64,000 bases of DNA from Minisyncoccota bacterium. GTDB lineage: Bacteria; Patescibacteriota; Minisyncoccia; Phycocordibacterales; PALSA-1337. Made by a program: the position numbers and the translations under genes. Below the pieces are notes generated by a model, which was not told the origin of the DNA, searched no databases, and was given only the letters and a program-made list of their open reading frames with translations. This document shows positions 1-9,663 of this stretch, in pieces. The number at the start of each line of letters is the position of its first letter. Position 1 is the first letter of the stretch. The stretch covers positions 2,407 through 66,406 of the forward strand of contig DATJGJ010000010.1 of the NCBI GenBank assembly GCA_035495115.1, written 5' to 3'.

Positions 1-554
1 GCAAGTATATCTTTCGCTTTTTGTTCCAGCATTTCCTCGCCCTGACTTTCGAGCTTGTTCATGCGGACGAGGATGTCTTCTTCGGCCTGCTTCTCGACAG
101 TCTTCAGGATCTCTGCCTTTGCTTCTTCTGCGGTCATGCGAGCCACCTTTTCGAGTGCAGAAACGCGATCGCCGTGAATCTTCTCTGCTTGTTCGCGGAT
201 AGCCTTGATTTCTGCGACGCGTGTTTTGACCAATTCGACTTCTTTGTCGAGATCAGTTTGACGTTTGTCCAAAAACTCCTCTTTTTTGATAAGACGAGAC
301 TCTGTTTGGTTTATTTTGTCCTCCTTTTCTTTTGCCTCTTTTCTGATATCTTCGAGAGTTTTGGTAGCTTTGGTCTCTGCATCTATGGTGATCTTTTTTG
401 CTTCTTCCTTTGCAGCCAGAAGCATTTCCTTGATCTCGAGCTCCATCGAGCCTTTCTTACCAAGGGAAATGATCAATCGTAGATAGTAGCCAAGAGCCAT
501 GCCAACAACTCCTGAGATGGCCAGGAATACGGCGATGAGCTTTAATGAATACAT
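1..554 (-). CDS. rny: Ribonuclease Y, N-terminal part (continues beyond window start)
   Basis: Manual minus-strand translation from ATG at 554: MYSLKLIAVFLAISGVVGMALGYYLR (TM anchor), then coiled coil with ESRLIKKEEFLDKR and LEKVARMTAEEAKAEIL, typical of the RNase Y N-terminus. Not in the ORF track because it is truncated. Confidence 0.88.
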   Translation of the reverse strand, partial: MYSLKLIAVFLAISGVVGMALGYYLRLIISLGKKGSMELEIKEMLLAAKEEAKKITIDAETKATKTLEDIRKEAKEKEDKINQTESRLIKKEEFLDKRQTDLDKEVELVKTRVAEIKAIREQAEKIHGDRVSALEKVARMTAEEAKAEILKTVEKQAEEDILVRMNKLESQGEEMLEQKAKDIL

Positions 555-713
555 ATGCGAATGTGATTCGCTCCGGCGGAACTAGGGTGAAATAAGGATG
601 TTATGAGTCTTTTTTGTTGAAAGTGTCATAAGGTAAGGGTGTCACTAAGTTCGTAAAAGCGAAATCAAAATTAAAAATTTGTAACAATTGGATTATATGC
701 TATAATGTCGCTC

Positions 714-1301
714 ATGTCTATACTCATCCCAACAGTTATCGAAAAATCAAGTTTTGGCGAACGAGCCTATGATATTTACTCGCGTTTGCTCAAAGAAGGC
801 ATCATTTTCCTCGGTGGTCCAATCGACGATACCGTGGCTAATATTGTGATCGCCCAGCTCCTTTTCCTCCAATCAGAAGATCCAAAGAAGGAGATTTCGC
901 TCTATATCAACTCGCCAGGCGGTTCAGTTACGGCTGGTCTCGCTATTCTCGATACGATGAATCATATAAAGAATGATGTTTCTACTGTTTGTGTCGGCAT
1001 GGCAGCTTCGATGGGTGCTGTTATTTTGTCAGCAGGCAAGAAAGGAAAGCGTTTTGCACTGCCAAACTCAGAGATAATGATCCATCAGCCACACGGTGGC
1101 GCAGAAGGTCAGGCAAGTGATATTGAGATCAGTGCAAAGAGGATCATCAAGAATCGTGCTGTTTTGAATAAGATTCTTGCAAAGAATACAGGACAAACAC
1201 TCCAAAAGATTGAAAAAGATGGTGATCGTGATTTCTTTATGGATGCAGAAGAAGCAAAGAAATACGGCATTATCGATGAGGTTGTGAATGGAAAGAAATA
1301 A
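714..1301 (+). CDS. clpP: ATP-dependent Clp protease proteolytic subunit
   Basis: [27 protein letters not shown] (catalytic Ser), IMIHQP. Start placed at ATG 714, 7 nt after TATAAT. Confidence 0.97.
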   Translation: MSILIPTVIEKSSFGERAYDIYSRLLKEGIIFLGGPIDDTVANIVIAQLLFLQSEDPKKEISLYINSPGGSVTAGLAILDTMNHIKNDVSTVCVGMAASMGAVILSAGKKGKRFALPNSEIMIHQPHGGAEGQASDIEISAKRIIKNRAVLNKILAKNTGQTLQKIEKDGDRDFFMDAEEAKKYGIIDEVVNGKK

Positions 1302-1354
1302 AAAGAATTACTAATTTCTAATTGGTCTAATTAACCTAAACATTAGAAATTTAT

Positions 1355-2083
1355 ATGCGTCTCCACCGCTTCTACATATCAGAAACTGTAGGTTCAAAGA
1401 ACGAGGTAGTACTCGATTCTTCTGACGTTGTTCATCAGATTCGCAAAGTGTTTCGTCTAAAGAAAGGCGATTTGCTCATTATTTTTGACGGATCAGGCTC
1501 TGATTATACGTGTGGCATCGAGGATTTTCGTGATGAAACCATCGTTTTAGGGGTGAGAGAAGTAAGTAAGAGTCGTTTCATGCCAGAACGAGATGTCTAT
1601 TTGTATGCTGCTTTGGTAAAGAAAGATACTTTTGAATGGATTGTAGAGAAAGCGACAGAGCTTGGTGTGACGAAAATCATTCCTATCATCGCTGAACGCA
1701 CAGAAAAAAAGGCGGTCAATGAAGATCGTTTAAAGAAAATTGTTATTGAGGCCAGCGAACAATCTGGCAGGGGCAGTATTCCAGAGATCGCACCAGTTAT
1801 AGGTTTGAAAGAAGCTGTTGTTGAACTGCAGACGAAGAATGAGACGCTCGATGCGCGCGTCCGAATGCTGGCTTTTCATACAGATGCCGAATTATTCGAT
1901 AGCTCTGACCTCGGTGAAATCGATCCTCTGGCGTGTTTCATAGGACCTGAAGGTGGATGGTCACCAGATGAGATCAGTTTGTTTCATGAAAATAAAATTC
2001 CCGTCAGATCTATCGGCAATCAAGTTTTGAGGGCTGAAACTGCTGTTGTTGCCACCCTTTCACTGGTGATGTTCGGAAAGTAG
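1355..2083 (+). CDS. rsmE: 16S rRNA m3U1498 methyltransferase
   Basis: EKATELGV, EASEQSGR, FIGPEGGWS, LRAETA motifs. Confidence 0.95.
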   Translation: MRLHRFYISETVGSKNEVVLDSSDVVHQIRKVFRLKKGDLLIIFDGSGSDYTCGIEDFRDETIVLGVREVSKSRFMPERDVYLYAALVKKDTFEWIVEKATELGVTKIIPIIAERTEKKAVNEDRLKKIVIEASEQSGRGSIPEIAPVIGLKEAVVELQTKNETLDARVRMLAFHTDAELFDSSDLGEIDPLACFIGPEGGWSPDEISLFHENKIPVRSIGNQVLRAETAVVATLSLVMFGK

Positions 2084-2095
2084 GGAGGTTTCATT

Positions 2096-2122
2096 AAAAA
2101 ATACCGGATAGCCGGTATTTTT
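2096..2122. terminator. Bidirectional intrinsic terminator between rsmE and tig
   Basis: AAAAAATACCGG-ATAG-CCGGTATTTTT between convergent genes. Confidence 0.8.
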
Positions 2123-2140
2123 GTTTCATAATTAAATCTT

Positions 2141-3235
2141 TTATTTTCCCGCCTTCTCCAAAAACTGGAATACCTTCTCATTGGTGAGGACAGTCGTCGC
2201 ATATTCCTGTGCACGTTCACGGTCTGCATCAGTGTAATGTTCAACAATATGGTTTACCTCTTCCTCAACCTCCTCTGGAGCAGGGGAGATAGACTCAGCT
2301 TTAGCAATCTCATTCAAAATGAGCTGAAGCTTCGCTTTCTTTTCAGCATGAGGTCTCCATTCAGCACGAATCTCTTCAGGAGTCTTCTTTGCATGCTTGA
2401 GGTAGTCTTCCATCTTCACGCCCATGCGTTCGATATCTGCTTCGAACTGAGCCTGCGTGCGGTTGAGCTCACCTTCAATGAAGATCTCAGGGATTTCCAT
2501 CGTCGTTGCATCAGCGAGAGCATCTGCAATACGGATGCGAGATTTTTCCTTGGCACTGTCAGCTTTCTGCTCAGCGATCATAGTTGAAAGTTTGTTCTTG
2601 AAATCAGGTACATCAGTAAAATCTCCCAATGATTTTACAAAATCATCTGTAAGCTCAGGCATCGCTGCTTCAATAGCCTTGTCATGCTCCTCAGGAGTCA
2701 TCTTCTCATGGTCATGGCCTTCGTGTGATGCACGAGACTTGCGAATCTTCAAGATCGCTTCTTCAATATCTGAATCAACAACTTTTAATTCATCAGGAGT
2801 GCTCTTTGCGACCTCGGCCTTTGATATTTTTTTATAATCAGGAAGCTTGAACTGAGGAACAATCGCTGTGGTGATCTTGAATTCAAGAGGATTGGCTGGG
2901 GCGAGCTTGGTGACGAGTATCTCAGGCTTGCCGATAGCGTCGATCTTCTCACCTATCATGATGTTTACATACGCTTTTGATAGAGCCATCTCCGCCATCT
3001 CTTCCAAGATAGCCGATTCGCCGACTTTTGTGATAAGGACATTCTCTGGAACCATACCCTTACGGAAACCATCGATACTGACAGAATTATTTATATACTT
3101 GATAGCCTCGGGGCGATATTTTTCCCAGATTGCAGTCGGGATCGAGCCAGTGATCTCAATGCGAGATTTTTCGAGGGGTTTGATAACGATTGAATCATAC
3201 GATTTTTCAATCTTCTGGGTGTCTTTTGTAGTCAT
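2141..3235 (-). CDS. tig: Trigger factor lacking the FKBP/PPIase domain
   Basis: IDGFRKGMVP ribosome-binding motif, ELTDDFVKSLG, C-terminal domain; only 364 aa. Confidence 0.92.
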   Translation of the reverse strand: MTTKDTQKIEKSYDSIVIKPLEKSRIEITGSIPTAIWEKYRPEAIKYINNSVSIDGFRKGMVPENVLITKVGESAILEEMAEMALSKAYVNIMIGEKIDAIGKPEILVTKLAPANPLEFKITTAIVPQFKLPDYKKISKAEVAKSTPDELKVVDSDIEEAILKIRKSRASHEGHDHEKMTPEEHDKAIEAAMPELTDDFVKSLGDFTDVPDFKNKLSTMIAEQKADSAKEKSRIRIADALADATTMEIPEIFIEGELNRTQAQFEADIERMGVKMEDYLKHAKKTPEEIRAEWRPHAEKKAKLQLILNEIAKAESISPAPEEVEEEVNHIVEHYTDADRERAQEYATTVLTNEKVFQFLEKAGK

Positions 3236-3256
3236 GGTAGTTCTCTTATCTTATTT

Positions 3257-3478
3257 TTATTTAATCGCACTATTTAAATCGTTCTTTAATGTTTGGATAT
3301 CGTCAGGCGCTTTGTTTGTTCGGATGGTAATAGTAGTAGATGTTGCCGAGTCGGATTGAAGCAAGGCTTGACGATTGATATGTGAAGCAAATACATAGAG
3401 AGCAGCGGTGATCACTACGATAATGACAACAAGTGTCCCTATGATAGGTCCGACATTTTTACTCTCTTTTTTTTGCAT
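3257..3478 (-). CDS. Small single-pass membrane protein
   Basis: MQKKESKNVGPIIGTLVVIIVVITAALYVF: basic N-terminus followed by a TM helix. Confidence 0.6.
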   Translation of the reverse strand: MQKKESKNVGPIIGTLVVIIVVITAALYVFASHINRQALLQSDSATSTTITIRTNKAPDDIQTLKNDLNSAIK

Positions 3479-3914
3479 ACGTTGTTTTGTGTGGTGTTGA
3501 AGATGCCTGTTCGATTGCGGCGGTGATGTCATTGAGTACGCCATTGAGCGCTTCCCGAGCCTGACTGAGGGCTACATATGCCGCTTGAGATTCGCGATAT
3601 GCTGGACGAGGGTTGGTATCAGTAACAGTAGACGTGGCATTGCCGACAGCTATGACTGCAAAATTCAATATACGATCTGCATTGCTGTACGAAGCGAGAG
3701 GGATAGTCATATCGGTGCCTGAAGCGACTTCTTTGTCTATGCGAGCGCCAATGCGCTCTTGAATGTTCTGCAAGTTAGCGAGCGATTGTTCAAGTGGAGC
3801 AAGGAGTATGCTATTGCGAAAATCACGCCCGATTTTACGCTCATAGTGAGCCTCATATCCTTGGCGGAGATTTTCTCCAAAATTGAATATATCAGGAATG
3901 TTGAAGAACATCAT
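3459..3914 (-). CDS. Hypothetical helical protein
   Basis: 151 aa ORF co-directional and tightly spaced after ppa; no recognisable motif. Confidence 0.6.
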   Translation of the reverse strand: MMFFNIPDIFNFGENLRQGYEAHYERKIGRDFRNSILLAPLEQSLANLQNIQERIGARIDKEVASGTDMTIPLASYSNADRILNFAVIAVGNATSTVTDTNPRPAYRESQAAYVALSQAREALNGVLNDITAAIEQASSTPHKTTYAKKRE

Positions 3915-3921
3915 AGAAGTA

Positions 3922-4440
3922 TTATTTCTTGTTAGCGTACAATTTTACACCTTCCTCGAAGGCTTCTTTTGCTTCTTTTGAACCACTGAAGCCTTTGACG
4001 ATCACTTCTTTGTCCTGCAAGTTTTTGTAGGTTGCATAGAAATGAGCGACTTCGCGGAGCGTATGTTTGTTGAGGTCAGCGAGATCGTTGATATCGCTCC
4101 AGCGAGGATCTTTGACTGGTACTGCGATGATCTTGCTGTCTTCTTCGCCAGAATCGTTGATATTGGCGATAGCGACAGGGCGAACCTTAATGAGGATGCC
4201 TGGCATGAGAGGGTATGTGGTGAATACGATCACATCGAGTGGATCGCCATCATGCCACAATGTCTGAGGAACAAAACCATAGTCGAATGGAAACTCTTGA
4301 CTGGTATGTAGAACACGGTCAAGGGCGATAATGCCTGATTCCTTGTTGACCTCGTATTTGTTGCCTGAACCTTTTGCGATCTCAATGATGACATTCATCT
4401 CGCTCGCTGTTCCTGGTTTTATATCATGTACTAAGTGCAT
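3922..4440 (-). CDS. ppa: Inorganic pyrophosphatase (family I)
   Basis: NKYE, LDRVL, YGFVPQT, DGDPLDV motifs. Confidence 0.96.
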   Translation of the reverse strand: MHLVHDIKPGTASEMNVIIEIAKGSGNKYEVNKESGIIALDRVLHTSQEFPFDYGFVPQTLWHDGDPLDVIVFTTYPLMPGILIKVRPVAIANINDSGEEDSKIIAVPVKDPRWSDINDLADLNKHTLREVAHFYATYKNLQDKEVIVKGFSGSKEAKEAFEEGVKLYANKK

Positions 4441-4481
4441 AGTGATATTGTATCAAATTTAATAAATAAGTTATCCAATGT

Positions 4482-5645
4482 TTACTCCTCACTCGACTCA
4501 GCATCCGCACTTTCTGATGCGGCTGGCTTCTCTGCGCCTTGTGACTTGATGTCGATCTTCCAGCCGGTGAGTTTTGCGGCAAGACGGACGTTCTGACCGC
4601 CTTTACCGATGGCGAGAGACTGCTCATCTTCGGTGACAGTGACGATTGCGCGATGTTCTTTCTCATCGAGCTCGAGGCTGATGACTTCAGCAGGAGAGAG
4701 TGACTCTTCGATAAAGAGAGCAGGATCCTCATTCCATTCGACGATATCTATCTTTTCACCCGAAAGCTCGCTCGTAACTGTTGAAACGCGGACGCCACGC
4801 TGACCAACCATAGAACCGATCGGGTCGATGTGACTGTCATGTGAGACAACGGCAACTTTTGAGCGTGAACCAGCTTCACGTGCGATACCTTTGATCTCGA
4901 CTATGCCCTGAGCGATCTCAGGAGCTTCTGTTTCAAAAAGCTTTGCAAGGAAGCGAGGGTGCGAACGAGAGAGCTTGAGGACGATGCCGCGTGGACTCTC
5001 CTCTACCGCGTAGAGATAGGCGCGGATACGATCGCCAGTCTTCCAGCGCTCGCTTGGAATCTGTTCCTCATATGAGATGACGCCGAGAGCACGTCCCATG
5101 TTGACGAAGACGGTGCCACGTTCGACGCGTTCGACGGTTCCAGCGACGATTTCTCCTTCTTTTGCGCCGTATTCACCCATGACGGAGACTTTTTCTGCCT
5201 CACGGATCTTCTGGATGATGATCTGCTTTGCTGTTTGTGCAGCAATGCGACCGAAATCAGCTTTGACTTCGAGAGGGAAGACGAGTTCATCACCAACAAC
5301 TGCGTCGCGCTTGATGCGGCGAGCGTCTTCGATGAGCATATGCTGCTCCGCATTGAAGCGGATCTTGATATCATCGACGTTTGTGTCTTTGAGGTCGATA
5401 TCCTGTTCCTCGTCACCTTCCATGATGACTTGGTCGCGATCAACAACGACTTTTACCTGCCAAAATTCAACGCCACCAGTTTTTTCATCGAATGATGCGC
5501 GGACGATCTGGCCTTTCTTGCCGTATTCTTTCTTATAAGCGGTCGCAAGAGACATGGCGATAGCTTCCAAGGTCTTTTCTTTTGGAATTCCACGCTCTTC
5601 TTCGAGTTGTGCGACGACTGAGTTTATGACTTTGAGATCAAACAT
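4482..5645 (-). CDS. nusA: Transcription termination/antitermination factor NusA
   Basis: FGRIAAQTAKQ, S1 and KH domains, AREAGSRSKVAV, AIGKGGQNVRLA. Confidence 0.97.
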   Translation of the reverse strand: MFDLKVINSVVAQLEEERGIPKEKTLEAIAMSLATAYKKEYGKKGQIVRASFDEKTGGVEFWQVKVVVDRDQVIMEGDEEQDIDLKDTNVDDIKIRFNAEQHMLIEDARRIKRDAVVGDELVFPLEVKADFGRIAAQTAKQIIIQKIREAEKVSVMGEYGAKEGEIVAGTVERVERGTVFVNMGRALGVISYEEQIPSERWKTGDRIRAYLYAVEESPRGIVLKLSRSHPRFLAKLFETEAPEIAQGIVEIKGIAREAGSRSKVAVVSHDSHIDPIGSMVGQRGVRVSTVTSELSGEKIDIVEWNEDPALFIEESLSPAEVISLELDEKEHRAIVTVTEDEQSLAIGKGGQNVRLAAKLTGWKIDIKSQGAEKPAASESADAESSEE

Positions 5646-5917
5646 ATATGTAATTGTTACGTTCTATTATTAAGTTGTAATGAGGCTTTTGGCCTTATTT
5701 AAGGGCTTTTTCTCGATAGATTAGGCCCTATTTAACGAAAATGTCCGCCGGTAGGCGAACAGTTACTTACCCGACCAATATAGCATATTTGAGTCAGGAA
5801 GTAAATAAGGGCGTTTAAATGGTAAAAGTCCATGGCAAACAATAATAATTGACATTTGTTGAGATTTATGCCAATATTTGGCTAGTAAAACAATCAAATT
5901 CTACGAAAGGTATTTAC

Positions 5918-6532
5918 ATGAAACTTGAAAAACAGGCTCAAGCACTCTGGAAGTTCTTGAACCTCACGAATGAACCCGAAAAGGCAGATGTCATATTTAT
6001 CTTGGGGGGATCATCGCTTGCTCCTGTGGAAAAAGCGATTGAACTCTTCAGGGCTGGCTTCGCTCCTCGTATCGCCTTTATTTCTATCGGCGGAACGTTT
6101 GGTGGCGAAAAAGTGTGGGGTATGCCGGAGCACCAGAAGTATCGTCAAGAAATACTTGCTGCCGGCATTCTTCCAGAAGCGATTCTTTCGGAAGGATTGA
6201 CAACTAATACTCTTGCTGAAGCGATCGCCGCGATTCCTTTTATTGCACAGAAGGGCATTGATCTCAAAAAAATGATCCTTGTCTCACGGCCAGTTCATCA
6301 GCGGCGAGCATTCCTCACGTTTGCGAGACAGCACAAACAGGTTCGTTACATCAACTGTCCTGGAAATGAAACATTCGATCCTGCCGACCTCGAAACCCAA
6401 AAACGGATGGTCGAAGAAATTGGGCGCATAATCCTTTATTCAGGCAAAGGGGATATCTTGATGGACGGGGGCATTCCTGCTGAAATCCTCGCAGCGACTC
6501 AGGATATTCGTTCCGTTCTCGGTCTTGACTGA
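5918..6532 (+). CDS. YdcF/DUF218 (SanA-like) family protein
   Basis: ADVIFILGG, SEGLTTNTLAE, LVSRPVHQRRA. TTGACA at 5849, AAAGG before ATG, terminator 6546-6578. Confidence 0.8.
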   Translation: MKLEKQAQALWKFLNLTNEPEKADVIFILGGSSLAPVEKAIELFRAGFAPRIAFISIGGTFGGEKVWGMPEHQKYRQEILAAGILPEAILSEGLTTNTLAEAIAAIPFIAQKGIDLKKMILVSRPVHQRRAFLTFARQHKQVRYINCPGNETFDPADLETQKRMVEEIGRIILYSGKGDILMDGGIPAEILAATQDIRSVLGLD

Positions 6533-6639
6533 TCCAACTCATCGCAAACCCGCACGCTTCACCGCTTGCGGGTTTTTTATTACCAAATTAACTAATTACC
6601 CACACAGCATGCCTACATATATCTGGTATAATATAATCG

Positions 6640-8388
6640 ATGCTCATCGAAGATACCCAGCTCTATAAATTCATCCTCGACTCTGGACTCGTATCCAAAG
6701 AGGATTTGGAAAATGCCAAAAAGGAGGCAGACGATACCAGCAAGCGTCTGGGGGATATTCTCGTTACTCAAGGCAAGATCACTGCCGACAATCTCCGTCG
6801 TATGCAGGCCTATGTCCTCGGTATACCTTTCGTCGATCTCAAAAATAGAAAGCTGCCGACTGATACACTCTCTCTCATCCCTGAGCCGATCGCTCGCGGC
6901 CACAATATCGTTGCTTTCAAGAAGACCGATACTTCGCTCGAAGTTGCCATGCTCGACGTGAATGATCTTTCTGCTATCGATTTCATCAAAAAGAAAGTTC
7001 ATCTCAAGATACTCCCGCGTCTCACTGACAGTGATTCCATCAAAGAAGCGCTCGTTCAGTATCAAAAGAGCCTCAAAGCGGAATTCGGCGATATCATCCA
7101 GAAGGAGACAGATACGATCAAAATGATCTCCGAAGAAAAAGGTGAGGCAGCTACTGAAGAAGATTTGAAGAAGATTGCAGAAGATCTTCCCGTCGTCCGT
7201 ATTGTGGATACGCTCATCAAGCACGCTATTTTGCAAAATGCATCTGATATACATATAGAGCCAATGGAGGAGCAAGTACTCGTCCGTTACCGTATCGATG
7301 GCCTCCTTCATGATGCCATGGTGCTTCCGCGCCAAGCAGGACCATCAGTCTCCGCTCGTATCAAAGTGCTCTCAAATCTCAAGCTCGACGAAAAGCGTCT
7401 TCCTCAAGATGGCCGTTTCAAAGTTGATCTTACCAATGAAAAAGTTTCATTCCGCGTTTCTATCTTGCCGACATACTATGGCGAAAAGATCGTTATGCGT
7501 TTGTTGCGTGAAAACATCTCAGGTTTTACTCTCGAGTATCTCCAATTCCATGGAGAAGGCCTTGAGCGTATCCATGATGCCCTCAAGCAAACGACAGGCA
7601 TGATCCTTACGACAGGTCCGACCGGTTCCGGTAAAACCACTACGCTTTATACGATGCTCGATCTGCTCAATACACCTGATGTGAACATATCTACTATCGA
7701 AGATCCTATCGAATATCAGATGGCGCGCATCAATCAGACACAAGTGCGCCCTGAGATCGGTTTCTCTTTCTCGCAAGGCATACGTACCCTCGTTCGTCAG
7801 GATCCAGATATCATTATGGTGGGTGAGATTCGTGATAATGAGACTGCTGCGCTCGCGGTCAACGCCGCGCTCACTGGTCACCTCGTGCTTTCAACGTTGC
7901 ACACCAACTCAGCCGCTGGCGCTATTCCACGTCTTCTCGATATGAAAGTAGAAGCATTTCTCCTTGTTTCTACTCTTGATATTGTCATCGGTCAGCGTCT
8001 CGTGCGCCGTCTGACTGATTCAAAAGTCTCTTACGACCTTTCAAAAGCAGAGTTCGCGCAGCTTGAAAAGCGCGTAGACATGGATCGTGTGCTCGCGGCC
8101 CTCAAAGCCGATAAAGTCGTCAAAGCCGATGCAAAGTGGGGTGATATTCCATTCTATAAGCCAGCGCCAGGCGGCGAGGATGATGGTTTCAAGGGGCGCG
8201 TAGGCATCCATGAGATACTCAGAATGTCGCCGACAATAAAGGATCTGATCATCAAAGGCGAAACAACTTCGGTTATTGAGGATCAGGCAAAAAAAGAAGG
8301 CATGTTGACGATGTTGGAAGACGGTATATACAAATGCGCTGCAGGCATGACGACTATCGAAGAAGTATTGCGTGTCATTTCAGAATAA
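6640..8388 (+). CDS. pilB: Type IV pilus assembly ATPase (PilB/GspE family)
   Basis: ASDIHIEP, RLPQDGR, GPTGSGKTTTLY, TIEDPIEY, RQDPDIIMVGEIRD, TLHTN. Confidence 0.95.
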   Translation: MLIEDTQLYKFILDSGLVSKEDLENAKKEADDTSKRLGDILVTQGKITADNLRRMQAYVLGIPFVDLKNRKLPTDTLSLIPEPIARGHNIVAFKKTDTSLEVAMLDVNDLSAIDFIKKKVHLKILPRLTDSDSIKEALVQYQKSLKAEFGDIIQKETDTIKMISEEKGEAATEEDLKKIAEDLPVVRIVDTLIKHAILQNASDIHIEPMEEQVLVRYRIDGLLHDAMVLPRQAGPSVSARIKVLSNLKLDEKRLPQDGRFKVDLTNEKVSFRVSILPTYYGEKIVMRLLRENISGFTLEYLQFHGEGLERIHDALKQTTGMILTTGPTGSGKTTTLYTMLDLLNTPDVNISTIEDPIEYQMARINQTQVRPEIGFSFSQGIRTLVRQDPDIIMVGEIRDNETAALAVNAALTGHLVLSTLHTNSAAGAIPRLLDMKVEAFLLVSTLDIVIGQRLVRRLTDSKVSYDLSKAEFAQLEKRVDMDRVLAALKADKVVKADAKWGDIPFYKPAPGGEDDGFKGRVGIHEILRMSPTIKDLIIKGETTSVIEDQAKKEGMLTMLEDGIYKCAAGMTTIEEVLRVISE

Positions 8389-8398
8389 ATCAAATTAT

Positions 8399-9622
8399 AT
8401 GAGCCATTTTATTTTTAAAGCACGAAAACCGGGAGGCGAAGTATATGAAGGCGAAAAAGATGTCGCTGACCGTTATGAGCTTTACCGCATTATTCGCGAG
8501 AGCGGCGATGAGTTCATTTCTTTGAAAGAAAAAAAGAAGGGAAGCGGCAAAGGCCTGCAGATAAATATCTCATTCGGCTTCATGAAACGAGTAAAGGCGA
8601 TCGATAAGATCAATTTCGCTCGAAATTTAGGATCAATGATTGAGGCGGGTTTGCCACTGTCCCGTGCTTTGTCAGTGCTCGAGCGTCAAGCACACAATAA
8701 AAATTTCAAAGAAGTCATAGTTGAAGTGCGCAATGGCATCGATAAAGGATTGAGCTTTGCTGATGCGCTCGCAAAATATCCAAAAGTATTTTCATCGCTT
8801 TTTATTTCCATGGTTCATGCGGGCGAACAGTCAGGAACGCTGTCAGATTCTCTCAAAGTCATTGCTCTCCAATTGGAAAGCGCTCATAACCTCGAAAGAC
8901 GCGTTCGTGGAGCGCTCATGTATCCATCGGTTATTATTTGCGCGATGATTATCGTGGCAATATTGATGTTCACTTTCGTTATACCGACACTGATGAAGAC
9001 ATTCGTCGATCTCAATGTGCAGCTCCCATTTACCACACAGATCATTCTCTCGATCAGTAATATCTTGCAACATTACGGCCTATTTCTACTTGTCGGTCTT
9101 GTTATTGTAGGTGTTGTATTTATGCGTTGGTCACGAACTCCTACGGGCAAAAATATCGATCATAGAGTCATGCTTTATATGCCTATTCTCGGCCCACTCG
9201 TTAAGGAGGTGAATACAGCCCGCACAGCCCGCACGCTCTCTTCGTTGCTCGGGGCAGGCGTAGATTTTGTAGAGTCAGTTTCTATCACTGCTCAGGTCAT
9301 CCAAAATGTTCATTTTCGTGCGGTTCTAGATCAAGCCGGCGAGTCCATCAAGAAAGGTGGTCTCATGTCGCAGATATTCGCTCAAAATAACAAGCTCTAT
9401 CCGATTTTTCTTTCAGAGATGATGAGTGTGGGCGAAGAAACGGGAAAGATAGGGGAGATGCTCACAGGTGTCGCGCGTTACTACGAAGACGATGTCGATC
9501 AAAAGACAAAAGATATGTCGACAGTTATCGAACCAGTCATCATGATCGTTATCGCTGCAGGCGTCGGATTCTTTGCTGTCGCCATGATCTCGCCGATGTA
9601 CTCTTTGGTGAATGCGATATAA
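8399..9622 (+). CDS. pilC: Type IV pilus platform protein (PilC/GspF family)
   Basis: Two T2SSF repeats, AGEQSGTL, ALMYP, GEETGK, IEP; directly follows pilB. Confidence 0.93.
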   Translation: MSHFIFKARKPGGEVYEGEKDVADRYELYRIIRESGDEFISLKEKKKGSGKGLQINISFGFMKRVKAIDKINFARNLGSMIEAGLPLSRALSVLERQAHNKNFKEVIVEVRNGIDKGLSFADALAKYPKVFSSLFISMVHAGEQSGTLSDSLKVIALQLESAHNLERRVRGALMYPSVIICAMIIVAILMFTFVIPTLMKTFVDLNVQLPFTTQIILSISNILQHYGLFLLVGLVIVGVVFMRWSRTPTGKNIDHRVMLYMPILGPLVKEVNTARTARTLSSLLGAGVDFVESVSITAQVIQNVHFRAVLDQAGESIKKGGLMSQIFAQNNKLYPIFLSEMMSVGEETGKIGEMLTGVARYYEDDVDQKTKDMSTVIEPVIMIVIAAGVGFFAVAMISPMYSLVNAI

Positions 9623-9629
9623 AGGATAT

Positions 9630-9663
9630 AAAAAATCGCTCACAATATTGTGAGCGATTTTTT
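9630..9663. terminator. Bidirectional terminator between pilC and the pilX-like gene
   Basis: Perfect palindrome AAAAAATCGCTCACAATATTGTGAGCGATTTTTT. Confidence 0.85.

Noticed and set aside
21-482. 153 aa plus-strand ORF and other long ORFs antisense to or overlapping core genes (e.g. 6613-7335, 35160-35855)
   Set aside because: Shadows of real genes (rny, pilB, rplB) produced by biased codon usage; no motifs or expression signals.
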